64,000 nt of DNA from Phoronis australis (Eukaryota; Animalia; Phoronida): positions 230,989 to 294,988 of the forward strand of contig NMRA01000538.1 in the NCBI GenBank assembly GCA_002633005.1. The letters run 5' to 3'. Positions 39,760 through 51,431 of the stretch are shown here, one piece after another. A program made the translations under genes and the position numbers. The notes under the pieces were generated by a model. It did no database searches. It saw only the letters and a list, made by a program, of their open reading frames with translations, and had not been told where the DNA came from. Each line of letters starts with the position of its first letter. Position 1 is the stretch's first letter.

Positions 39760-40010
39760 TGGGTGTCGTTTCAAGAAAACTGACTTATCTAAGACAAAAC
39801 TTAAACTTCAGTTAATTTTAAGATAAAACTGAATTTTGCCCAATTCTGTTTCAAGAAAGAGATCATAAGTTTGCCTTAGGTTTTTGTCTTAAGTTTTGTC
39901 TTAATTTTGACTAAGTTACAGGATGTGGAAGTTTCAAAGTTTGGATGTTGAGACAAATCTTAGACTTAAGTAAAAAATGAACTTTAGACAGTTTCTTGGA
40001 AAGAGCTCCT
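39760..40010. mobile_element. MITE related to 9836-10476
   Basis: Imperfect TIRs (TTCAAGAAAACTG / CAGTTTCTTGGAA) and shared GTTGAGACAAATCTTAGACTTA. Confidence 0.45.
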
Positions 40011-40717
40011 GACTGCGATATTACCTGTGTGTGTAGAGTTGAAAGGGCGACTGATGTAATCGGATCAACGGTGGTCATGAGCACTTGTGCAGCTAACGTG
40101 AGCCCCCTGAAATCGTTACATTAAACCATTGAAATGTTGCACGTGAACGGTTTACAACTTATGACAGTTATAAGGTTGATAACTTTTTATACTGCATGAC
40201 AACTGAAACATTGATCACGTACAGCAGCGGTGGAATTTGTGGTAGTGTAAAGTTTTTGTTGCTTTCCTGTATCCAGCTTTTATGCAACTGGACACCAATT
40301 CAAGAATAGTGTCTTGTACAACAAGACGTCAAACAGGTCTGTTTTGATAACAAAATCTGTCACCATTTTGTCCTGTGTTTCATTCATTACGTTTTTGCAA
40401 AAACATTTGAAGTGACACGCCCACACCGAAGCAATAGGCAAAATACAGGGCAAATTTCAGTTTATTTTTTGTGATTGATGGGGCCTTTAACCCTTTTTAT
40501 GGAATCCTATCACACTAATATTTCCTCTCCCCTCCGTAATGTAATTGTATGTGACGCCCAAGGTTTTTCGTTGAATTCTCCAAAGAGCTCGTCCGCGTCC
40601 TAAAAAGGCTCATGTGTATATTTTGGATTTTACCAGGAGTGCATTCACGGAAATTCCGGCTTTTGATTATTGTATTGTGGCTTTCGTGCCTAATACATTA
40701 CCCTATTTTATTTTCAG

Positions 40718-40813
40718 GAACGACGAAGATTACAGGGCTGTCTTAAAAACTTTCGGCTAAATGGCAACCCGTTTGATGAGTACGCAAGGTACACAAGCGT
40801 CTCCACCTGTTAA
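40718..40813 (+). CDS. Single-LamG secreted protein, exon 5 (terminal)
   Basis: ttttcag acceptor, phase 0: ERRRLQGCLKNFRLNGNPFDEYARYTSVSTC*, LamG GCx..xxNG motif and terminal Cys. Confidence 0.9.
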   Translation, partial: ERRRLQGCLKNFRLNGNPFDEYARYTSVSTC

Positions 40814-41272
40814 TCGCCGTCGAAATGAAGTTCGTGATACCTTTTAAATAAAATGTATGGATACCACGTGTTCCGAGATGAGAAAAAACGTGGCAGGCAG
40901 GAAGTCGTTGAGCTTCGACACTCGCAGACGATCAACTTCTAAAGTGCTTGTGTCTCAAGATGTCGCGCCATTATGATTGGGTTCGTAAACATTCGGCTGT
41001 CACCGAAAATTCCGCCGTACTAAACCATCACTCGGCACGTTACCACAGTAAAGTAATGCGACAGACAATGGAGCAATTATTTATTTTTTATATATTTACA
41101 TTTGTCGATCTGCGCATTTATAATGCAAGTTTTAATTGTTGTCTAAGTATCACATAAATAGAAATGATAAATGCAAAGTTGCCAGTGAGTAATCTGCTTT
41201 TGGCATTCATCTTACGTCACTGTACTTCGTAAAGATTTTACAAATATACATGTACAGTGTACACAAGAAAAA

Positions 41273-41391
41273 AATAAATTGTAAGTTATTTGTACATAGC
41301 TGACGATTGTACATATTCATAAAACATCTTCTTCGTGTTGAAATTTATACAAAAGCCTGTGAAAGTGTTCTGTCTAGTATACAAAAATAAA
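41273..41391 (+). terminator. Candidate polyadenylation signals of the LamG gene
   Basis: AATAAA at 41273-41278 and 41386-41391 in AT-rich 3' UTR-like sequence (another at ~40847). Confidence 0.45.
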
Positions 41392-43758
41392 AATTCTTAA
41401 ACGCTGACATCTTGTGCTCTACAAGTGACCTTCAGAAGATATGAAACAACATAAATGAGTAATGTTGAACAATTTTGAAATTGACGAAACGTCCATCGAT
41501 GGACGAGTCAGACTAAAAATTTCAAGACCTACTAAAAACTAGATTATTAGCGCAACCAACTGGAATCTTATATTAAGAAAATTCTATCCAGTACACATCA
41601 AAGTTCCCGAGAACACTTGTGCGGAGAGGAAAGAACTGTGTACCAAAAATCTTTTATTTCCATGCAGTCACCATGGCGTTAAATGAAAAAAGAAAGCAAT
41701 TCATTTACTTCTGTTAAAATAATCCATATGAAAACGATGAAAACATGCTCGGTTGTACCTAATAACACTGTCTGACCAGAGGATGGGAACTCCTAAAAGA
41801 GATTCATGGGCCTATATTCGGAAACACTTCCGACGGACTGCTCATGAGTTTACATTAGAGTGGGCCTGCTTTAAAAAAAGTTCTGACAACGCTTATGGGA
41901 TGATATGGTTTCCGATTGCAATGATTGTTCTAACCTATGGAATGGTGGAGGAAGATGTCAATAGTTTTGACAAAGTGCAACATTCCAGGTGGCATGACCG
42001 TCTCCTCAACAAGTCGGGTTCATCATTTAGAACTTCCGAACATGTGGAAATCGACGATATCTCGTAAGACCGCCCAAAAACAGTTCTCACAAAGTGTTAA
42101 ACCAGGTGAAAGGAGAGAAGAAGAATTTATCAAAATCAAAAATAGCCGATTGGCATTGCTTTATATGCCCAATGACAAGAGTTGTCGCGTTTTTTTGTCC
42201 GAAAATGTCGCACATGAAGATAATGTGTGACCAGATCTAACATACTATGCCAGTGAATGTAAAGTACGACTCATTCGGTTTTCTACACGTGCAGATATCC
42301 GACATAGTACATAAAGAGAGAAAACAAATTGTTGAACTTTAAGTCAGGTGCCGCGGGTAATTTTTCATAAAAGACACCCAACGACGAGATGATGACACCT
42401 AGCGAAACTCACTCGCAGGTTTACTCACGAGAAAAACTAGTGTGATAACTTGCTTTACTTGGGTTTTTGCGAGATTTTTGCGTCTACAGAACGCAACTCT
42501 AAATGATGAATCAGCCGATCCGCGTTTTTATACAAGCACTGAGTATAGCTTCCGATCACTGCCTATAGGTGTCACTCAATGGCAAACATCAAAATCCTGA
42601 CGGCTTGCTCTGAGATAGCCCCAATGAGATAAATATAGACCTTAGGTGTCGTTGGGACATTCCGAAATGAAATGAATTCTCGAAAGGATATGGCACTAGT
42701 ATTCCTATGTATGTGGGATAACCTATATATCTACGCCACTCTCAGAACGTTTTGTGCATATGTCAGCCTATTGAACACACTACCAAGTACACTACGTTAT
42801 TTCCTACTGTGTTATGTGACCGTCTTGCTGTAGCTTTAGAACGAAATAAAGTTAGATATAAAAGCAAAGCTCTAGATACTTAGAGAATATTTATGAAAAT
42901 CATTGTTCAGTGATTACGAGTTCTTTGAAAACCAGGGGCCAACTCATCAATCGCAGTGAAAGTTGGCGCATGACTAAATCATGTCGTAGCTGAAAGGATA
43001 ATCAAGTTATTTTACTTGTTAAAAGTTATACTGGTTTTCGATATCATGACACAGTTTTTAAACCACAAAAAAGGGCTCGCCATGCAGCGTAGGGAACATT
43101 TGCAATATCTATCTGATATATTTTATTTGCTACTACAAAAAATACCTAGCTTTGGATGAATTTTTAAAGTAGATCTATTCTCATACATGTGCCGATTTGA
43201 ATGACTGATGGGTATATTTCACAGTGCAGATGTTGTCTTTGTCTGTGTTTTTCATCACACAACTAATTAAAAATATGAAACCGCATTATTGTTCGATTTT
43301 TCCATCTTAATACGCAACTTCCACTATTGCAATCTTGTACATCAGAACGCTTCCAATAGACTTTTACGTTTAAAATAAAAGGACCAAAGGACTTATGCTC
43401 AGTAGAGCTAAGGTGTCATGGTTTGAAGTTGTACCAGGACTGTCGGTTTGCATCCAGTCCATTGGTGACTATGGTTTAGTCTAACTATTGTCGAAGTAAC
43501 ATCAACCACGTTTGAGATCCACTGAACTCCTTTCGCTTCTACAATAGAAGTGTAGACCTGGCGTCTGTTTCTTAAGACAGAAATTTGGTCTACACTATAC
43601 ACAAATATTTCTGAAAATGAATAATTAAATCTCACTTGACAAAAAGTGCAAAATCTGTGAGAATATTATTCAGAAAATGTCTATAGATTACTTCTAGATT
43701 GTGATGCTCTGACAATTAGTTGGCTGAACCTTTTCACCAAATTTCTGTCTTAAAAAGA

Positions 43759-44700
43759 GTGCAGGTGGTCTGATGCCATTTGCTTCAGACTTGCGCAGGC
43801 CTCATGGTTGGGCCCATTGCACAAAACTCCTGAGCTAAAAACACTTGAGCTCCGTTATTGATCAACATGTTCTTCGTTAAGGAAGTTTTCAAGACTGCCT
43901 TTCTCCTTTAAGGAAACGAACAGACTTCCATTTTGTTGCCATGCACTATATGTTGCAGGCATGTATCAGTGCCAACCAGTAGGTTACTCTTTGGCCTATA
44001 AAATGCTGGGCAATACTCTACCAGGTGTTTAGGATTTCAACGTAAATACCACACTCGGGACACACTGGGCTTCCCACGTGTCTGTGTCGGACTGCGTTAC
44101 CGTAGCCCGTCAAAGCTCAAATGACGTGTGTTATGCCCAACCTACATCAAGACTCATAAGTTTTTTTGAACTTTTTGGTTTGATCATGTTGGAAAAATTC
44201 TCCTTGATTTCTCTGCAGGAGTTAAGCGATGCTCACTGGGCTGCTGACTGAGTATGTACCCAGTTGCGCATACTCATCCTGCAACATACGTAGGATACCG
44301 GGATAGCAGGTTCAGGCACACATTGCAGAACGCTGACGGTTCTTTCACGCGATTACAAGCTAATTAAGCTCATTAATGCAAGCGAGAGTTGACTTTTGGT
44401 TTCTTTGGGGCTTGGCTATCTGGTTGCCCAGATCGGTATTGTATTGTCGTGCCAGTTGAGCATCTTTATTAATTGCAGTGATCTCAGCTTGTAACACCGT
44501 GGCAAAATTGCCTAGAGATACCCAGATTTCTGCATCTGCTATAGGAGGGCCTGGAAAATAGATTCCAGCACCTGCCTGACCACTTTCTTCCACTTAAGTA
44601 GAGCCATTCGTTTAAGAAACCACCTCATTCTTTTTTTCTCCTGTAGGACACTCATCACCAAACTCCATCAAGAAATTGTTTGCATGATTCAAAGCTGTGA
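43759..44700 (-). mobile_element. Second, more decayed copy of the RNase H-bearing LINE (3' portion)
   Basis: Reverse complement aligns by eye with ~6235-7280 (GAGIYFP..ADAEIWVSLGNFATVLQAEIT; 3' end GGGCCCAACCATGAGGCCTGCGCA...ACCACCTGCACT), with deletions. Confidence 0.88.
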
Positions 44701-47700
44701 TTTCTGTCTTAAATCTTAAGTCATTTTACATGAAACAGCTCCTTGGAATGCCAACTTCGTTGTTGTCGCGCTTCTTAGGTTGCGCCGCACATGCGTTGGA
44801 TTTGTTTGCACTTGTTTGTTTGGTGGCACTGAACAGCTATGATGCGGCCGCGGCCAATTTGCACTGCCAAAATATTAAAAGTTTGGGGTAGGCCAAGTTT
44901 GGGGGAGTTTTGTCAGTAGGCACTGCATGTAGGCTCAATGAATGTGTTTGTATTTGTGAACATGATGAGAATGAAAAAGGCCACTTTCTTGGCTGTAGCT
45001 ACACTCTTCTTTAAGATGGTGGCTCCCCCTGGTGCATTGCTTTGTAGCAACTGAGAAATTGGCCCCGATTTCAGGTAGCCCTCAAACAAGCCAGATTTGC
45101 AAAAAACTAGTTAGTTGACAGCATTATTGGACCACATTTTTGGAATTGGTTGGAAATTTTCTTTCGGAATCTAATGTTGGCTTTAGTCGAGCATCGGCAG
45201 GGAAGTGGTGGTTTTGGGGTGAAAAGTGTCCATTTTGCCTTTTTTGCCCTTATTTTTCTTAGTCTGACTTGGTTTCCACTGGGAGTGAAAGGGTCAAAAA
45301 TACAAGAGAGAATAAAGTTTCTGTGCTCATCTGTAGGGCTTTTGATGTGGAATGACTCAAAACTTTTCTTTATTTGCATGCAGTTTTTGACAGAGAGAAG
45401 AAAGGGTGAAGAGTCCATTGACGTGTGTTCTGAAGGGCAAACCCTTGTGAGAACTGTTCTGTGCCTCCTTCTGGTGTTGGATCTTGCTACGGAAGATAGG
45501 GCCTAGGGTAGAATTTTTACTTAGTAGAAACAAAGTTTAAAGCTGAAATCACCGGAAACTTCTTCCGAACAAATTTCTTATATGTTTTTGCAATATCTTG
45601 TGGTCTAGTGGCTCCAAACATTCTAAAACAGATGATCATATACTTGCAATCCCACGATTCGGAAAGCTGGCCGTGGGCACTACCACTGCCTACAATAATG
45701 CGAAAAATAACAGAGTGTGATAGTAATAGAAAAAGGAAATGAACCACGGAGGTTATATAAATGACTACCTTAATCAGTAGGGTAATAGTTTCAACGATTC
45801 AAAAGATTGCTAGCCTGTAAAGACAAAGATTTTAGAATACGAATCCCTCGAAATTGCTGTCAAAAATTTAGTAAGGCATTCACTCAAAATTACATATCTT
45901 TATATATAAATTAGATCTTTGGTGCGTTTGATACAATTACATTATTCAGCAAACATTTAGGATGCACTGACAATTACAAAAAACTGTGATAAACTAAGTA
46001 CTCCAACTACGTATCCGAAGTTTGCAAAGGTTTTCTGTTGGATAAAGAATGAGCGAACACCTATTGTGTAGCTTTGAAATATACTGTGGATATCTCATTA
46101 CATTGGTTGCAGTGTAGGACTTTCCATAGAATTTTATGAATAAACTCATTTCTTCAGAAAGCAAAAATTAGTGATCCTGATACATATATAGTGTGTAAAC
46201 AAGAGATACTGGAACACAGTTTTGTTAATAGTGAAAGCAAACTCTGGAAAATAACAATATTCGTAATATCATGTTATTTTGAACACCTGTTGCATAGTTG
46301 TCGCGATCAACATTCGGGAACATAAAAAGGAGACAACTTGATTGAAAAGCGGGACTTCCGGATAGAAAGCGGGACATCTGAGTCTCTGCCAAAATAGGCA
46401 AATGTGAAATGTTCGCCGCAACATACAAAAACGTTCATACAGCATTTTTTTGTCGAAAGGGAGACGTAACACCCAAAAGCGCCCAACTGCGGTTTTTTAT
46501 TTTGTGGTTCGAATGAGAAATTTGAAGGAGCCGCAAAAATCTATGAAAGGTCCCATTTTTTTCTTTATAGTCTAACAAAAAAATAGCACTATGTCGCGTG
46601 AGAAATTAAAATAGTATATGATAATATGTCAATTTCACCGTGTGTCACAAAGCAAGACGTTTTGATGCTGTGGCAGGATGGCTGAAAAATTAAAAACGTG
46701 GGATAGTTGACGAGTTCCCCCTCTAGAACAGGTTAGAGGTTCGTAGACGCAATAATCTTGCTAAAGAAGCCATTGTGATCACGTGCGATGGCGACATCTG
46801 TCGAAGTCTAGCGTGTTCTTGCGTTTTCGCGAGATTCGATCTCACCTTCACGAAACGCACGTCCGCTGGGCTGCGTTCTCTTGACCCCTGGCCTTCGCTT
46901 GTGGAACGGAAACAGCGAATTATATCCCATAATCTATGAATTCAATCCCCAAACATTTCAGCCTTATTGACCATTCACTTCATTAGCCACCATTTTGCTA
47001 GGCTAGTAAGTTTTGCGAGGTCTTGCTTTTCTCACAAGAAACATGGTCAACGTAGTGCTGTCTTGGTTTCTTTTTTCAAACACAAATTTACAGAAGGGTT
47101 TCAAAATGAACTATATTCTAATAACTTTTGCTGCAAATTATGAACTTATTTTTTACTAGGCTTGGGCTCTTTTGGGCATTTTGCTTTAAAAATTCACTGT
47201 CCCGTAACCCTCAAGATGTTTTGGACTTACTTCGCCCTGAAAAGTCAGGTTCCTGGAATAGAACCCAACAAAAGAATGGTTCGTTCATGGAAGTTCCATA
47301 CAAGTGGGTACCCTTTTTCAACTCCACACTTTAAAAGGGTGAGTGTTCTAATTTTCCAGCTGCATGGCTACCAAAGTACGATCGAAAGCCCCCCCCGTGG
47401 ATTGGGTGCCGAAATGTTAGTCACGAGCGCGCCAAAATTCCCTTATACACTTGCACACATCAGAAATGAGCCAATTACATATTTTCAGTTTTCAATTTTT
47501 TGTGTTAGTCTTTACATTACTTTGTTTAGCGTCTATGCCGGAATGTCAAACGATGTTGTTTGGTCGGGAGCTGCAGAACGTCATTTTAGTGGTCAGTAGC
47601 CCTTCTTTGCTCGTGAGTGACACCGACCAAGGCACACCGCTCATTTGGACGCTGACCAAAAAGTCACACATTTCCAAAACAGGAATTTAATGGATAAATT

Positions 47701-48360
47701 CTCAAATATTAAACATTTGCAGATGACACGTCAAAATTAGATCTAGGATAACTGGACGTGCAACACACTCGCGATCCACTCGAAAGTAAAGATCCTCCAA
47801 GTATTGGTCTATAATAAGCACAACCAGTTTTACACGTGTAAACAAGATGGCGCTCCAAAAGGAGACATCATAAATCAGCACCAACAATGTAACAGATCTA
47901 AAATGACTTTTAAATGTTGATATGCTTAACTACATCATTCTTGAGCTAAGCTAGAAATAGATTAAATAGTAAATATCTTCTTTATAAGTTTGAGGAGTTT
48001 TGCTAGTTGCATCTAGTTTCTGTGATATGTTTATCCATCAGGAGGGTTTGTAGAAATAGAACTTTGTGTAAATATAGTTATTTCTCACACAAAAGATAAA
48101 ACGTAAGCGGGATAGACACACAATCACACGCACTCAATATTGACTAGAGCTGATCAATCGCCGCGAAAGCAATACCGTTGCTACACCGCCAGAGGGATTA
48201 TGGGAAAAGGAACACCACCCGTATAAAAAGCACAGGTCATTTCCACTCAACCTCAGAGAAAAGCTCACAGAAAGAAAGAACCGTTCCGAAGCACACTGTG
48301 GGAACACCAACACCATTTTGAAAGCAAATACACCGCCACCATAATTATTGCTATTTCACA

Positions 48361-48366
48361 TTTATT
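48361..48366 (-). terminator. Candidate ESRP poly(A) signal (implies ~1.3-kb 3' UTR)
   Basis: TTTATT on + = AATAAA on minus, followed on the minus strand by GU-rich sequence (GGTGGCGGTGT, TGGTGTTGGTGT). Confidence 0.55.
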
Positions 48367-49565
48367 GAATTACGTAAAATGGTATAATATTTAAAAGCAG
48401 AAACGAATACTGTATGTCAAAACATATTCACCAGTATGTGTTATTTCCAAGGAAACTATCACTAAGACGTGCACGTGCATGCAAAGGGATTAGAAACGAG
48501 ATTTGAAAATTGGCGCCAAACTTGTGACAGCAGACGACAACCAGTGCTACTTGACAAACATTGATATAACAATATAATTTTCTGATCTACTGACACTACA
48601 TTATGTTTAAAACTTGACAAAGGTTACAACATAGGAATGTCCAAAACAGCCTTTCAGCCAAAAAGGCGAAATATTGCACAGAATACGCTCTGAGTTTCTA
48701 AATTCACTCACTGTCATGAATACGCTCGTAAATATAACTACCTCACTAATAATAAGCAACTAATATTCGCAAAGTATTTCTGGACAAATTTGGCATTTCT
48801 ACTCTAACAGAATATGTGGATTACTTCTCCACTTCATGGTGGAATTCGAGATTTTTCTTGTACTCATGTAGTTGGAAATATCGTGAATCTCTTCAAAACC
48901 TAATCAATTCTCTTGTAGTTTTAGACAATTCGAAAACCTTACCTATCACTTCTACGAGATACATGCACGAACATTAAATGCTCAGAAGTATACAAAGACA
49001 GTTTTTAACAGCATCATTTCAACAACTAATATATATGTACATCAAAATAACATCGGCACTATTAATATATAAATATTCAATAAAGCTATATCACTACATT
49101 TCACAGCTAACATATATATTCACAAACTGGAAGACATGGTCTTGCTGTATATTATCATAAACTACATTATTTTCTATTCTAAATAAATCTACATTAAAAT
49201 AATAAATTCTAATACAATACATATTCAAATTAAAATTAAAATCAAAATACATTTCCAAAATAAATTCACTAATTTCCTTACCAATAAAATTTCATTCATG
49301 ATCGGTTGCACCTTGTCGGTCACATGACTAGGTCTCCATGGATACTGCACACGTCTCGGACATTATTGCTGTCTACACGCCTGAAAATTCATGTCTGTGT
49401 ACTACGTCTAGAGTCAGTATTTGGAATGCATAAAATGACGTCACTTCTATATCAAAACAAAACAACAACATACGTACATTGCAGCAGTCTACAATATTTT
49501 TCAGTAAAAATCGCTGATAAAGATAAACGTATTGGAAGACTACACACATCCGAAAAACACGAACA

Positions 49566-49612
49566 ATGATAATAATAGTAATAATGATAATAATAATAGT
49601 AATAACAATATA
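49566..49612. repeat. (AAT)n-like microsatellite in ESRP 3' UTR
   Basis: Direct reading. Confidence 0.8.
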
Positions 49613-49672
49613 GCACAATATAATAAAATTTCTAAAATGACAATTCTAAATTCAGGGCAGAAGGTTACATCT

Positions 49673-49831
49673 TTAAGCCATGAAGAGCTCAATATATCTG
49701 TTGCCAATTATTTTCCGGTTTCGCTCGGTGATGGCGCGCTCGGCCTCTCCTCGTGAAATAAACGTGACTAGTGCATCACCGTTGGGTCGTCCATCAGCAT
49801 TTCTTTGAAGTTGTATAGACTCCGGTGTGAT
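49673..49831 (-). CDS. ESRP: ESRP, last coding exon (second half of qRRM4, stop)
   Basis: tttttccag acceptor, phase 0: ITPESIQLQRNADGRPNGDALVTFISRGEAERAITERNRKIIGNRYIELFMA*. Confidence 0.92.
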   Translation of the reverse strand: MTPESIQLQRNADGRPNGDALVTFISRGEAERAITERNRKIIGNRYIELFMA

Positions 49832-50605
49832 CTGGAAAAAATCATTTCAGATAATGTAAAGGAGGAGTTGAAGCCGTGGCAGAACACAGAGGCCATTTCG
49901 CGTAAAATAGGCAAAGTTAAAGCTTAAAAATATCAGAAATAAATCTGTCTAAACTGTAAAGGCAACATAGGGAAGAACTTTGCACATTTTTGACGGAAGT
50001 TTTCGCTTCCGCTTGGCTTGTTCACACAATTGTGAAAAATTTACAATTTGCGACGCCTTATTTACAAGGGTATATTTCTATTACCTAATTACGATTGGGC
50101 ATCAATAATGCTTAAAGTACGTCATATTTGTCAAGCTAGCCAAAAGCTAAAAAGTTGCGTAGAATCAGGCTATAACAAAAACAAAACTCGCTACAACGAA
50201 CTGTTTGGGGCACGTTGTCAAAAATGTTGACTTTACGAAAACTAGTTTGTGACCTTTTTGATTGCAGATGCTTTCCTTTTTAGTGACTTGCCAACGAAAA
50301 GTCATGAAAATCTAAATTTTGATATACTGTTATCATTATGGTCTAAACGTTTGTAAATATTTTTTGGATCGGTCAATTCTGCTTGTCTGACTTAAAAAGT
50401 CTAACGCAGCCATCTTTGCCAATTACGCTAACGCCTACTTTGATTGAGAGCGCTTGTAAGAAACTATTTTTTCTTAAATTATAATGGAAGAAAAGTCACG
50501 GAAGTTTTATAATAATTATTGTAATTATAGAAAAAGGTAAGGAAAATTCCGGAATTTTGTTGTCATAAGTTTTTTTTATGAACCACGAATTTGGAAGAAA
50601 CCTAC

Positions 50606-51042
50606 TTCCGGAAAGCCTTCAAAGAAGGAGAGGATGTCTGGCAACGAGGCAGTGTAGGGCAGACCTCGCATTACAACTACACTGGGACTGTGTTGCGTCC
50701 ATGCGGGCGACTGCGGAGAGATCGGCGGCGTGGGGTACCAGTAGAGCATCTGTTGTAGACCAGGAGCAGTCTGTAGACTCTGGAGGCCAGCCGCCTGCAG
50801 TTGAGCAGTGTGTAGTCCCTGAAGCCCGGCTGGCTGTAAACCCGCTGCATGCAGGCCGGCTGCGTGAAGTCCGCCTGGATAGTAGGCTGCAGTGGGCGAT
50901 GGTCGACCTGCGGTCGTGGCAAACTGGGCTGCAATAGGCGTCTGAGGAATCATCGTAGTCATGGTTTGTGCAGGCTGGACGAATTGACCAGCGGAGTAGG
51001 GGTAGGTGGCGTATCCTGGCGGCATGAAGCCTGCTGAAGCAG
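50606..51042 (-). CDS. ESRP: ESRP exon: Pro/Ala/Gln-rich region plus start of qRRM4 (alternative starts 51033, 51030)
   Basis: Phase 1-0; ...YYPGGLHAAGL...YWYPTPPISP...[31 protein letters not shown] donor. Confidence 0.9.
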
Positions 51043-51431
51043 CTGCAAATTACAAGAATGTACAATACGTGTGGACAAATCGATAGGAGTTGTATTACCC
51101 GACAATCAGATTTCATCAATGGAACATGAGAACGAAATATTGTTGCCTCGAAAAAAATCACAAACTTGTCAGCTTGTTATTTAAGCGAAATTCTCCCTCC
51201 TAAGAACCGTTTCCTGTTGTATTTTCGATATCCTTATCACACAGTGTGCCGCCTCATACAGATTTATGTAGGCAAAGGCACTTTCTAAAATACACTATCT
51301 TAAAAGCAGTGTAAAAGTGGTGTTTTTGGATCCAGTGGTACTTGCAACGTGTAGTAATTAGGAAATGGAACAACAATAACTCCAACAGCAACAAAGCAAC
51401 AACAACGTGCAAGAATAAATGAGTTACATAC

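Noticed and set aside
41753-42230. Possible decayed coding/transposase fragment
   Set aside because: No motif I can assign; needs a BLASTX/HMM search.
45107-45506. Overlapping 103- and 118-aa ORFs
   Set aside because: No recognisable domain or consistent exon boundaries.
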